Shown: positions 27,150 through 46,675, counted from the stretch's first letter. The stretch: 64,000 nucleotides of DNA from the human T2T-CHM13v2.0 reference genome, Homo sapiens (GCF_009914755.1 NC_060925.1), one strand, 5' to 3'. A program made the numbers and translations. Notes: generated by a model from the sequence alone, not told the origin.

Positions 27150-28702
27150 TCTGCTAAGTCGGTTTCACGGCTCTGCATCCACAGACTCTGAGTTGGAGGC
27201 GAAGGAGTCTGGGATCACGCAGGAGCTAATCAAGTCCTTGTATCCTCAGCAGACACGCCTCTGTGCATGGTGCTGGACCTGCATCATCCTCGTGGGTACG
27301 AATGTCCTGCATCGCCTTCCTCTTCATCTGGCCAGTGGCCATGCTTTCCACCTTTGGCTATCCTGCTCAAATCCTGCAACCCTGCCAAGAGTTGGAGAAA
27401 AAAAACTGGTGAAACCAGTACTCAAGCTCATGCTTCAGGTGGCTTTCTTTTTACTTGGGTTCCTGGCTAAAGTGAAAGGGAAAAAGGCAACCCAAGACAA
27501 GGCCCCTATCTTCGTTACAGCACCACGGTCCACTTTCTTTGACTCAATCCCCTGTGTGGTGGCAGGGTTACCCTCAGTGGTCTCTGCAAGTCAAAATGTG
27601 CAGATCCCATTGGCTGGGAAATTCCTACTGTCAACACAGCTGGTGCTTGTGATTTGAGAAGACTCCCATTCCAGGAAGAATACTAAGGATGAAATCCTGA
27701 AGTGAGTGACATTTGGAAAGAAGTGGCCACAGATTCTGATTTTCCTAGAAGGTGTGTGCATCAATCGCTCCCGTCTAGTCACTTTTAAACCAGGGGCCTT
27801 CTGTCCAGGTGTTCCTGTGTAGCCAGTGCTGCTCAGGTACCCAAACACCCTGGACATGGCAATCTGGACCTGGCAGGGATTCACAGCCTTACAGGCCTGT
27901 ATGTTGACACTCAGTCAACTCTTCACCAGGGTAGAAGTTGAGTTTATGCCTGTTTATATCCCAAATGATGAAGAAAAAAAAGACCCCATCCTTTTTGCCA
28001 ATACAGCACACATCAACATGGCAAATGCTCTAGGGGTGCCTGGGACAGGGCACACTTACGAAGGCTGCAGAGTGATGATCTCCGCAGGTAACCTTCAACT
28101 ACCCGTAGAAGCTGGTTTGGTGGAATTTACAAACATTAGCCAGAAGTTGAAGTTAGACAGGGATAACATTCATCAGCATTTGGATGAATATGCTGCAATT
28201 GCAGTTGCCTCAAAAGGAGGGAAGACAGGAATTGAAGAATTTTCAAGTTATTTAAAACTCCCAATTTCAGAGCCCTTGAGACAACCCCCTGCCCACTTCG
28301 GCAGGAATAATGATGGCAACATAGACTTCAGAGAGTATGTAATAGGTCTGAAAAGAGTCTGCAAATGTCCTTTAAGCTTTTTGATCTTGATGCGGATGGT
28401 TTAATAACAGAACAGGAGTTCGCTGCTATACTTTAGGCAGCTTTTGGAGTGCCAGATCTTGATGTTTCCAGGCTCTTCAGGAAATAGCTGGACAGAAATC
28501 AGTGTACATTTCATATGAGAGATTTAAGAAATTTGCCCTGAAGCATCCAGCATATCCCAACTTATTTAATTCACACCTAGACCTCCAGGCAGCCTATATA
28601 TATTCATTACCCCAAAAAGTACAGTTTTAATCACTGTATTCAAATGTTACAAGTTAGCCCTGAAAACAGTGAAAGTATCTTCTAGGTAGAAATGATGATT
28701 GA
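27150..28702 (+). pseudogene. LPCAT2BP: Intronless LPCAT2-family (lysophosphatidylcholine acyltransferase 2B) retro-pseudogene
   Basis: Continuous intron-free similarity to LPCAT2: APxSTFFD, WPQILIFxEG, FKPGAFxPGVPV, LLRYPN, EAGLVEF, EF-hand motifs (NNDGNIDFREY, FDLDADGLIT) and FALKHPAY. Stops at 27655, 27703, 27820 and 28434 plus several frameshifts. Confidence 0.92.
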
Positions 28703-29023
28703 AGTAAGAATTACTCTTTGAGGAAAAACTCAATAGTTTTCACTCTAAGAGGCATAGACAATTATGATATTTAAAATATGCTTGAGGAATATTTCAGTTA
28801 GATTTAATAGTATCTATTTTTCTTCTTTCTTAAGATAGCATTTGTTTTAATGTGACCTAAATGTAGAAGAACAAGTGATCTAGTCATAAACCTTGTTCAC
28901 CCAGCAGGGTTCTAGTTAGTGCCTTTATTGTATTTAATGCTAAAATAAGGCCAGAGGAACATTAAAGCCTATCACCTGTCCCTCACTGTTGCAGAAAAAA
29001 ATATCACATTAAGAGCTACACTT

Positions 29024-29791
<768 letters not shown>

Positions 29792-30927
29792 TAGTGTGGG
29801 GAATACATTGCAACAATTATATATGGTATGCCTGTTCCCTGCTTGCCTTTTTAAAGTATAGAAGTGATTATTTAGAATGAGAAATCACAACAGATTAAAA
29901 TTTCTGAAAACCTGTAAAAATATCATAAACATAGGTCATAAATATAGGAATTTTGACAAATTTCATTCTGTATGACTTTAATCAAAACACAAAAAAATGT
30001 GTTTATAATTAACATGTTCTGCATTACTGAAAATATTATTTTTGTTCCAATAAGGCATCAATGAGAATTGAAGCCTCTACTTATTTACACATTTATTTCC
30101 AATACCTGTCACTATGTGACATCTTCACATAGTGATGTGACCCTTGGGCCCTACCCCTTCATGTCACCATGCAGGATGAATCAGCAAAGTATTCCTGGAA
30201 ACCATTCCCATACCCAGACAGGGAGCAACAACCTATCTAGACATAGAAGTGAATGTGAACTGATAAACATACTCCACCAGCCCTAATCACTGAATCCCCT
30301 ACTTAGTTTCACTGTGACTGAATCTTAAAGATGGTTGTAGCTACTCAGTAGCACCAGATATGAGGTAACATTTGACCAAAGTTTGCCAACTTTACAAAAA
30401 CATAACCAAGTAAACACATTTTTAGGGATGCTACTAGAACCCTAGAAGGGGCTTATGGAAGTGGGGCACCTAAAGCTTTAACTTCGTCAGTTTCCTGATA
30501 CTTTCAGAAGGTAGAAAGAAAGAAGAGAAGAATGGGAGAAAAGTAAGGAGATGAGGAAGGAAAGGAAAAGAAAAAAAAAATCAAATATTATTTTGAGATA
30601 ATTTCCATGCAGTTCTGCCCTGAAAAAAAAAAAAGGATTTGGATAAGCGATCTTTCATAATCCCCATCCGGTGCAATATTCCCATGATAATAAATGCATA
30701 TATATATATAGAATTCAAAACAATGATTTGTTTAAGTGTACTGAAAATTATTCATTTAAATAAGAGCTTTCACTTAAAAGTAGTTATCAAGCAATATCTT
30801 TATTCAAACAGTAGTAGTGCAACTTAAACATTTGTAGAACTCTTTTAAGGTTGTTTCTCATTAGATAGTGAGCTATTCAAAAAAGCAGGGTCATTATTAT
30901 ACTCTCTACATTTTAACCTCAAATGTT

Positions 30928-31625
<698 letters not shown>

Positions 31626-32122
31626 TTACAAGCTCTTGCATACCCCTATCATAATTACAAACTCCCTCTTCCTCTCAAAATTAAGCTCCTTTCCTGACTT
31701 GGATAGCTTCACTTCCTGTATTTCTTTACTTTTTAATCATCTAAATGTGCATATTTTGATACCGTGATGCTTAATTTTATGTGTCAACTTGGCTAGGCCG
31801 TGGTACCCAGATATTTGGTCACAGATTACTCCAGATGTTTCTGTGAAGAGATTGTTTACATGAGATTAACATTTAAATCAGTAGACTGTGAGTAAAGCTG
31901 ACTGCCCTTCATAATGTAGGTAGGCCTCATCCAATCAGTTAAGGCCTTAATAGAAAAAGACTGACCTACCCTGGAGAGGGAGGAATTCTGCCAGCAAACT
32001 GCCTGTAGACTTAATGTGCAATTCTTCCCTGGGTCTACAGCCTGCAGGCCTACCTACAGATTTGATGGTTGCCAATCCTTTACAATTGTGTGAGCCAGTT
32101 CCTTAAATCCTGCCCCCTACCC

Positions 32123-32125
<3 letters not shown>

Positions 32126-32165
<40 letters not shown>
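32126..32165. repeat. (CA)n microsatellite
   Basis: About 20 CA units. Confidence 0.95.
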
Positions 32166-32167
<2 letters not shown>

Positions 32168-32230
32168 CCACCCACCCACCCACAGAGTTCTCCAGAGAAA
32201 CAGAACCAATTGGATATTGGTTCCAATTGG

Positions 32231-32292
32231 ATCTATCTATCTATCTATCTATCTATCTATATCTATCATCTATCTATCTATCTATATCTATC
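32231..32292. repeat. (TATC)n tetranucleotide STR, interrupted
   Basis: atctatctatctatct... with TA/TC interruptions. Confidence 0.9.
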
Positions 32293-33464
32293 TCCAGAGA
32301 AACAGAAAACTCTAATAATAGATGCTATTCCTAGACCCTATAGTTTATTCATGCGCGTTTTTGACATTGGATGTTTTTTCTCCCTACATTGTAGCCCATG
32401 AAAGATATTTTTTAGGCCTTTTAAAATCTACAGATTTCCCTTCCATCCCTTATTTTGCTTATACTTTTTCTATTGCAGAACTTAGGCTGTTTGATCTGTG
32501 GAATTTCCCATAGTCTGCATTTTGCCAAGTGCATATTTATGGTACAAATCAGCATATCCTTCTGCTGATTGTATTTTCTGCTGATTGGAATCCAGAGGCT
32601 TGATCAAATTCAGGTTTGATTCATTTGGCAAGATCATACATGTAGTGTGTTTTTCATCAGAAAGCATATATTGCCTGGTTTTCTTTTTGTGATTTTTGCA
32701 GCTATTGCTGTTCATCACTTAGATCATTGAGGGTTGTAATACGGTGCTATTCTGATTCTGTAATCGCTTTTCTTTTTCGAAATGGCTTTTCCAAATGGCT
32801 GCCTATTCTTAAATATGATGGCAGGAAGAAATCAAAATTACAACTTCCCTGTACATGAAGACCTTCAGTGGTCATCATCACTATCACCTTTGTAAACCCA
32901 CCACATCCACTGGAGCTAGTAAAACTTAACTGCTAGGAGGAAACAAACACTAACAGCAAAATGACATTGCCTATTTGAATGGAAGACAGTGTGAGGGGAA
33001 AGGTAAAACTCTAAAGAGTAACCTTCAAAACTACTTTGTGATGATAAGTCATAAGCTAATAATGCACAACATAGCAGAATTTTACATGGATTATCTCATT
33101 TAGTCTTTCTAACCACCACATGAGGTACCCTTATCCCCATTATAGGGAAACTGAGGCTTGGAGAGCTTCATGGATCATCACAATAGACTAAAGCTCAATA
33201 GACTTAGACTATTAGACCAGTAGGCTAGGTCACACAACTAATAAACAACTTAAATTGGATTCAATATCATGATTCTAAAGTCTATGCTTTTAACCATTAC
33301 ATACATGCAGGGAAGAGTCCAGAAACAGTATAAGTGAGGTTTGTGCAGGATTCTCAGCTTTATCAGTTCTTTGTGTTGCTGTTAGCACTGAGAGGACATT
33401 GAGCAGATTAACAGTTGACCAATACTAAGGCAAAAAATTACTGCACCCTCACCCTTGGGCATAG

Positions 33465-36375
<2,911 letters not shown>

Positions 36376-36574
36376 CTAAATATAGTATGCATGTTACCTT
36401 ATGTTTAAGAAGGGGTCATCTGAGTACATGGAATATATGGAATACACACATACATATACACATGCATTCTTTTTTCCAAGGTAATAAAGGAATTTACCCA
36501 CTTTATTTCTAGTAGTATGTAGTTTCACTTTTTATATTTAGCTGTCTTATCCATTAAATTTTTATATATAGTTC

Positions 36575-37396
36575 TTTTTTCTTTTTTTTTGAGATGCAGT
36601 TTCACTCTTGTCACCCAGGCTAGAGTGCAGTAGGTTGATAATCGGCTCACTGCGACCTCCACCTCCCAGGTTCAAGCAATTCTCCTGCCTCAGCCTCCCG
36701 AGTAGCTAGGATTACAGGCCTGCACCACCACGCCCAGCTAATTTTGTATTTTCAGAAGAGACAGAGTTTCACCATGTTGGCCAGGCAGGTCTCGAACTCC
36801 GGACCTCAGGTGATCTGCCCACCTTGGCCTTCCAAAGTGCTGGGATTACAGGTGTGAACCACCATGGTCAGCGAATTTTTATATATAGTTCTTAAAAACA
36901 AAAAACAAAAACAAACACAAAAAAACACCACTCAGCTGGGCATGGTGGCACATGCCTATAGTTCCAACTACTCAGGAGGTTGAGACAGGAAGATCACTTG
37001 AGCCCAGGAGTTCAAGGTCAGCCTGGAAAACATAACAAGCTCTCTTGCTCTCTCTGAAAAGCTTTTTGCTTTTTTAAAAAAATTTATTGAGATGGAGTCT
37101 CCCTCTGTCGCCCAGACTCAAGTGCAGTGGCGCCATCTCGGCTCACTGCAAACTCTGCCTGCCAGGTTCAAGCAATTCTCCTGCCTCAACCTCGAGTAGC
37201 TGGGATTTGAAATTTTTCATATTAAAACTTTCATTTTTTGTTTTGAAACAGGGTCTCACTCTGTCACTCAGGCTGAAGTGCAGTGGCACGATCACGGCTC
37301 ACTGCAGCCTCTAACCCCTGGTTTAGGCGATCCTTCCACCTCAGCCTCCTGAGTAGCGAGGACTACAGGCATGTGCCACCACACCTGGCTTTAATT

Positions 37397-37443
<47 letters not shown>

Positions 37444-40400
37444 GTAAGTAAGTAAGTAGAGACGAGGCCTTGCTATGCTGCCTAGGCTGTTCTTGAACTC
37501 CTGGGCTCAAGCAATCCTCCCACCTCAGACTCCCAAAATGTTGGGATTACTGGTGTGAGCCACCAAGCTCAGCCTAAACATTTTTAAAGAGGGAGAAATA
37601 ATGCATCAAAAATGGGTTTGCTTTCATGAGATTAGAGTTCTTGAAAGAAGTTTTTCCTTCCAAGGCAATTTTACCTAAATTTACTTTTCTCACATTAAGA
37701 TCACAGTTAAAGATGACCCTAAACCAAATTAGGAGTTTAGCCACGTTTACCTTCACAGCTCCCACCGCTAGTTCCTTAAACTCTCTTTTCCTCCTGATCA
37801 AAAATTATTTCAGGAAGAACATCTGAAAACCTCACTCACATTAAGGGATAAATGACTATAGAGATGAATTAAAATAAAAATAATGCTTTAAGTTAAATTA
37901 TCTAATGGTAGAATGTGAAGCATCAATGACAAGTTTTTTTGTTTTTTTTTTTTTAGAGACAGTCTTGTTCTATTGCCCAGGCTAAGTAGTGCAGTGCTGC
38001 GATGTGATCATAACTTACTGCAGCCTCGAACTCCTGGCTTCAAGCAATCCTCCCACCTCAACCTCCCAGTGTTGGAATTACAGGCATGAGCTACCATGCC
38101 CAGCCATGTTTTGTTTTTTAAGGGAGTATTTACTCATTCTTTAATCATTTCACATAGCCGCCTAAGCTACCTTAAGTTTTTTTATTTTTATATATATATT
38201 TCTTGAGACGGAGTCTTGCTCTGTCACCCAGGCTGAAATGCAGTAGCACGATCTCGGCTCATTGCAACCTCTGCAGTGAAATGATATAGTTAAGTGATTC
38301 TCTGCCCCAGCCTCCCAAGTAGCTGGGACCACAGGCATGCACCACCACACCTGGCTAATTTTGGTATTTTTAGTAGAACCGGGGTTTCGCCATGTTGGCC
38401 AGGCTGGTCTCGAACTCCTGACCTCAGGTGATCTGCCCGACTCGGCCTTCAAATGTGCTGGGATTACAGGCATGAGCCACCAAACCCGGCCTAACTTAAG
38501 TTGTTTTAAGATAAAACATGAACCAGGAATCATTCTGTCACCCATTTCCAACCAGAGAGTAGCCTAGTTGTTACTTTATCAGGTGATAAAGAGGCCTGGT
38601 AGAAATCTGGCAGGGCTTTGAAGGGAGTCTGGTGCTAGACTACCTGGGTGGTTTTTTGATTTTTTTTTTTTTAACATGTGGATATTTAAGGTATACAACA
38701 TGATGTTTTGACATACATAGTAAAATGATATAGTCAAGCACATATCATCATCACACAGTTACTGTTTTCCCTCTCACCACACATAGTTACTTTTTTTGTG
38801 GTATGATCACCTAAAATCTACTCGCTTAGCAAATTTCTAGTATACAACAAATATTATTACCTATAGTTCTCATGCTGTACATTAGATCTCTATACTTACT
38901 CATCCTACATAAATGCAACTTTGTACCCTTTGACCTACATCTCCCCCAACCACCTTTCTGTTTATGTACTTTTTAAAAGATCCTACATATGAGAGTATGC
39001 AGTATTTGTCTTTTTTCTTTTTTTTTTTTTTTGAGACAGAGTCTGGCTCTGTCGCCCAGGCTGGAGTGCAGTGGCAATCTCCGCTCACTGCAAGCTCCGC
39101 CTCCCAGGTTCACACCATTCTCCTGCCTCAGCTTCCTGAGTAGCTGGGACTACAGGTGCCCACCACCATGCCTGGCTAATTTTTTTTGTATTTTTAGGAG
39201 AGACAGGGTTTCACCGTGTTAGTCAGGATGGTCTCGATCTCCTGACCTCATGATCCGCCCACCTCGGCCTCCTAAAGTGCTGCAATTACAGGCGTCAGGC
39301 AGTATTTGTCTTTCTGTGCCTGGCTAATTTTACTTAACGTCCTCCAGCTTCATCCATGTTGTCACAAATGGCAGGATCTTCTCTTTTAAGAATGAATAAT
39401 ATTCCATTGTATATATACAACATTATCCGTTAATCTATCCTAGGGACAGTTAGGTTGTTTCCATATCTTAGCTATTGTGAATAATGGGGCAACAAACATG
39501 AAAGTGCAGATATCTCTATGAGGTGCTAATTTCATTTCCTTTGGGTATATACCTGAAGAGGGTTTGCTGGGTCATGTCATAGTCCTATTTTTAATTTTTT
39601 GAGGAACCTCCATACTGTTTTCCATAATGGCTGCACCAATTTACATTCCTACGAAAAGTATATGTAAATTGACTAAATTTGCCAGTCAAAATATAAATAC
39701 TGCCTGGGTTATAATACACCATTATTATGGTGTAACACACCATATATTATAGTGTGATATATGACATTGTGTGACCTTGGCCAAGTTTACCTATCCTTTG
39801 TATGCCTCAGCTTCCTCATCTGTAAATAGGTCTGAAGACAGTACCTAGCTAAATGGTTGTTGTAAGGATTAACTGAGTTAAAACACACAGAGCAAATAGA
39901 GTAGCGTTTATCACATAATAAGGATTCAAATATAAGCTACTATTATGTTATCTTTGACACCCCTCGTTTCTACAGGAATAATTAAGAATCAATTATCCAT
40001 CCAAGCATTTGGGAATTAATTTTAAAAAATCAATTATCCAGTTATATTTTTCAGAATTAAGATGTCTGAATATTTGAGAGGGGGCATTATCTGAAGAAAT
40101 GGTTACCTCTTGGCCAATCTTATGGTACAAATACAAAGTCCATATATTCCCCTCCCCGCCTCCTTTTTTTTTTTTTTTGTTTGGTAGAGACAGGGTCTCC
40201 TTATGTTGCCCAGGCTGGTCTCTAATTCCTGGGCTCAAGTGATCCTCCCGCCTTGGCTTCCCAAAGTGCTGGGATTACAGGTGTGAGCCACCGCAACCTG
40301 GCCAATGTATTTTCCAAGCAATTACTATTCTTCACCTTGTGTGTAGAGTTTGTGAATGAAACAGATTTTTTTTTTTTTTTTTTTTTTTGAGACAGGGTCT

Positions 40401-40517
40401 TGCTGTGCTGTTCAGGCTGGAGTGCAGTGGTGCAATCATGGCTCACTGCAGCCTCGACCTCCCGGGCTCAAGCCATCATTCCGCCTCGCTTCCCAAGTAG
40501 ATGGGACTTGCCCGGCC
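36575..40517 (-). mobile_element. Dense mostly antisense Alu cluster plus L1MA 3' end (~38660-39660) and MIR (~39770-39950)
   Basis: Alus at ~36575-36872, 37085-37205, 37235-37574, 37935-38105, 38180-38491, 39012-39297, 40165-40302 and 40366-40517. TSD gcagtatttgtcttt around the 39012 Alu inside the L1. Confidence 0.8.
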
Positions 40518-41049
40518 CGAAGCGGAACTACTGAGTTTCCTTATTTTGGAGGCAGTAATCAAATAAAAAATACCAAAACCTTAAATGATAATCAGTTTGC
40601 TACTTTATTTGGGACAAAAGAGAATTCTATATTTCATCCATCCATCACTTCACTGCTCAAAGACTTTGCCCCTTACCTATTTCTCCCTTCTTGGTCATAA
40701 ATGTTAGGGCTTTATATGCAAAGCCCTGTGCTTTCTCCGATCAAGTCCAAAAGCTTGTATGAGCCACTCCTTGGATAAGAAGGGGATGGGGCCTTCTAGA
40801 TGCTGTAAGTATCTCTTATATTGAACTCAGAATTGTTCTGACTGGCAGTTTATGAAGTTCTTCCCCTACTCCTCCCATCGCCAATTTTTCTTGCCCCAAA
40901 CATTTATACCTCAGGGTTAAGAAGCCAGGTAAGTGAGGGGGTGTGACTCGCCCAGTCTTTCGTTGGAAAAAAGTGTAGACCTGTCAGGAAGACACAGCAT
41001 AGAAAGGCTGCATGTGCTGATTTGAACTCGAGCCTCAGTAAAACATTGA

Positions 41050-41790
<741 letters not shown>

Positions 41791-42401
41791 CAGATTCAAA
41801 AGGAAAACAAAAAAAGCTTAGTCGTGTGCAGCACTAGTTTGCTAGAAATATCTCAACACAGGCACGCTTAGTTGTTTCCAATCACTAAGGTCGGGTGGAT
41901 CCAGGTCCTGAAACTTACACAATTTTTAAAATAAGCTTATACTATTTTAAGAAAAATAATAAAATTAGGAAAACGATTATTTGAAATGAGGAAAGAACAA
42001 TACTATAGTCTTGGAGGTCTCTTCTGAGGTCTCTTTAAACAATTTACCAGAAATGCTTCCTGATTGCGACCTGGATTCCTCTCTCCACCTAGAGCTCTCT
42101 GTAGCTCCCAGCAACTCTCAGCTCCTGTGAGGACCAAAGCAAATGGAGGGTCTTCCTGACATTTAACCTTTGTAAGCCTCATGGATATCCTTCTCGGGTT
42201 ATTGGGAATCCAGCTAAAGTAATTTCAGCTTACAAAGAAATTGAAGCTTAGAAATATGACCTAGCTAATTTACATTTCCAGCAAGACATTGATTCTTAAA
42301 CTTGGGTGGGCATCACTGAAATTTTCCATTTCTAACAAGGCCCCAAGTGATGCTAATGCTGCTGGCTAGGGTGACTATGAGAACCACTGAGGTAAACATA
42401 A

Positions 42402-42787
<386 letters not shown>

Positions 42788-43822
42788 TAGCTATAAACAG
42801 AATTTATCAAAGTAAAAAAAAAATCCCTTTAATTTGGGACTATCTACTGGGGAAGCTACTTTGTCTCTACCAGGGAGGGACTGATGAAAAAGATGGAAAA
42901 AATAATACTAAAGTTGTTAACGTTTCTAGGGTAACACATCTAATTTATATGAAGAAAATGAGGTTAAAGTATTGCTAGTGAACAATTTATCCTTATCTTA
43001 GTTACAACTGAGGGTAGGACTCAGAACTCTCAAATTCTTATTATAAACAAAGAAAAATAGATGTAGCAAGGTTTTTTTTTAAAACAAAACAAAACAAAAT
43101 GCTCACCCAACCACCTTAAATGCTATACTAAATTAATTTTCTCCAAGCATAGCAATGTCATTTATTTATTCTACAAATACTAATGAAGTATCTAGCACTG
43201 ACCACGTACCTAGCCCGGTACTAGGTCTTAAGTAATAAACGTTAATAAAACATTGCTTTGTTGTTTGTCCTTACACTCTAGTGAGAGAGGAAATGGCTAA
43301 ATAAAAGTGATAGTTGTGGTGGGGTGAGTTGGGAAGACTTTATAGGGTGACATTTGAGTGAGCTCTTAGGGATTGGTTAAGAATTGATTAGGTAAAGATT
43401 GGGAAGGGAGAGGTAGAGGATATCTAAACAAGGGGAATAACTTTTATGGAAGCACAGAAATTTGAAAGAGCTTGATTGATTTTGAGAAAGCAAGTCGTAT
43501 TAGACTCTGCCAAATAGTAAGGAACAGAGACACTCCTAGGTTACCTGACGTGACAAGATATGTAGAGAAGTGAGGAAAAGTGGGAGACAGTTTTAGCTGT
43601 CAAAAAGCCAGCTCCAATGTAGAACTGGAAAGTTGTTTGGGATATGGTAACAGTCATACAATAAGACCACATTGACAAATGGACTGTTATTCAGGGCAGT
43701 GGTAAAAAAAAAACACTAATACTTATTGCCATCCTACTATTTGCTATACACTGGGCTTACATGAAATGTTTTACTTACTTCTCTCATGAATCCTGTGAGG
43801 TAAGTCTTGTTATTCTCATTTA

Positions 43823-44017
<195 letters not shown>

Positions 44018-45151
44018 TCAGAATAAGAACCTTGGCAATCTGGCTCCAGAGACTTTCAAATGACTTGCCCAGGGTCACATAACCAGAATATGAACCCAAG
44101 CAGTCTGCCTCCTCTACAGTAAACTGATCTTCCAGTTAACTTTGTACCTTCATCTCCTCTTCTCTCCTTACCCATTTCTTTTTCTACCATAGATTTGCTT
44201 AAGAATGCTCTTCAGTGCCATCAGTTGGTTCATGTTTATTATAGAACATCTTTGCTCAAGTTCTCCTGCTTGATTACTGCATTGGCCAGTGGCTAACCTT
44301 GGTTTAGCCCATTGTCCATTCAGATGTGATTAGGATGTAGGGGCATGTGGTACAAACCAGGGCCACATATAAGTAATAAATAAATTTGGTAGCTTTATTC
44401 GGAAGGAGATTGCATGGCAGGCAATCAAAGTGACAGTAGGTAAGGGTGAATGGGTAGACTAAGACTGGATCACAGGGGCTTTCTTTCTCCAGTGAAATGT
44501 TTGTGATGTATCTAGAAGGAGTGGAGAACCATCGGTGTTTTTAAAATAGGGAATTAACACATTTTGAATCTGGAATTTAAGGAAAGGAAAATTGGAAACA
44601 AGGAGACCAGCTGGGAGATTTTATAGTCCAGGGATACATAATGGCAGTGGAAATGGAACAATTGATAGGCTTGGTGACTGATGACATGCTGGGGAACAGG
44701 GAAAAGGAAGCATTGAAAATGGCCCCAAATCTTAGGACATTTGAAAGGGAAACATGTAGGCTACTACCATACCACCCTGAACAAGCCTGATCTTGCCTGA
44801 AAGGGAGGTGTATAATGAATGTCCAGCAAGCTATATCCAGGAAACAACTGGAAATATGTCTGGAGTAGAGGAGGGGAGTTTGACTAGCAGATTGGTAGTA
44901 TCACTAGCACCTAGTTATCCAAATATGAGAAAGAGCCAAGTTATTCCTTCCCTGCCAATTTTACCAACTCGTGCCAATTTTATTACGTAAATATATTTTA
45001 ATTTTATCCCATCTTTATCACCATTGATCCTCTCCTGGCTTCATTCATCTGTGCGGTAGTTTTCTCATCTTCATTCTCATTTTCATCTAACTCCTCTTCT
45101 ACACAAATTTATATATTTTGAAAAATAAATTTGCCATTGTTTCAAACCATT

Positions 45152-45642
45152 TGCAGGGCAAACACACCTGATAGCAATAATGTAGGCATACACTTAAAAT
45201 GACCCTGTATGGTGGATGTACCTGCGTGTGTTGCGAGCTAGGGAATCTGGGAGTCGCCATCCCAGAGATTCGTTCCTTGTCTGTGAGGAACATCTGAGCT
45301 CCTGGGCCCATACTGTGGAACACAGGCTGTAAAGGGGATTGAAGCCCTGGGTTAGGGTTGTATGAAGGTTGCCAGGTGGAGGACATTAAAGGAAGGGGGT
45401 TAAGTGAAAATGCTGTATAAACTTCCATGCTGTTTGCAAGGGTTTGCAGTTTTCCTGCTCAGTCCACCACCACTGGACTGTAGGTAAGGTGGATATCTTG
45501 TCCAGCCTGCCACCACTGGACTCTCTCCCCTGTATGTAAGCCCCTAATAAAAGCCCATATCTTGTTTGCTGGCTCTGGGTCTCTTCAGCCTCTGGAGCCT
45601 GGTGCCTTCCCTACTGAGGTTAATAGAGGTTCAGCACACACA
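45152..45642 (+). mobile_element. Solo ERVL-class LTR (LTR47-like)
   Basis: TATAAA 45416-45421, AATAAA 45546-45551, ends ...gcacacaca. Sequence resembles the LTR47 family as I recall it. Confidence 0.65.
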
Positions 45643-46165
45643 ATTTTATGACTCCTCTTTCACTGTAGGGTACAGTTAAGCTCTTTGCCTCTTATTCATC
45701 TTTATCTCTGCAGCTTCATCTGCCACTTCGCACCCTCTCAGTACTCTGTGCTGACCAACATATAGTTCCACACTCACACATATCTTTGTAAGGAACATGG
45801 AGCCAGGCACTTACTTACCTTGCCTTAGTTCCCTAACCAGCTCTTACTCAGTCTTTAAAATCCCATTGGGTTTTCATGCCCTCTGTGAGGTCTCCTCTTT
45901 TGTCTGTCCCTGAACAAAATTTACTTATGCTATTAAATATATCACACACTTTAATTTTCAGACCTGGCTTCCCTACTATACTATAAACTCCCTGAGGATA
46001 GGTATTATGTTTTAGTCATCTTTATGTTCCCAGTGCTTAGTACATAGTATGTGCTCAATAAATGTTTAGTGCTGAGTTTTATCGGCAGTGTAAATTGCTT
46101 TAGATAAGTTATGCTATGGTTTGAATGTTTGTCCTCTCAAAACTCATGTTGAATTTTACAGGCCT

Positions 46166-46597
<432 letters not shown>

Positions 46598-46675
46598 TTA
46601 CAGGCTAGGCAGGTGGCTTATTCCTGTAATCCCAGCACTTTGGAAGGCTGAGGGGGATGGATTGCTTGAGCTCAG

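Larger units (their letters stand above)
31763..32320. mobile_element. MLT2-type (ERVL) LTR with embedded microsatellites
   Basis: Starts gtgatgcttaattttatgtgtcaacttggctaggcc (MLT2-like); the far end is rearranged around (CA)n and (TATC)n. Confidence 0.75.

Noticed and set aside
27091-28404. ORFs of 188 aa and 192 aa as functional proteins
   Set aside because: Stop-bounded fragments of LPCAT2BP; the catalytic His is lost and frames shift relative to the homologue.
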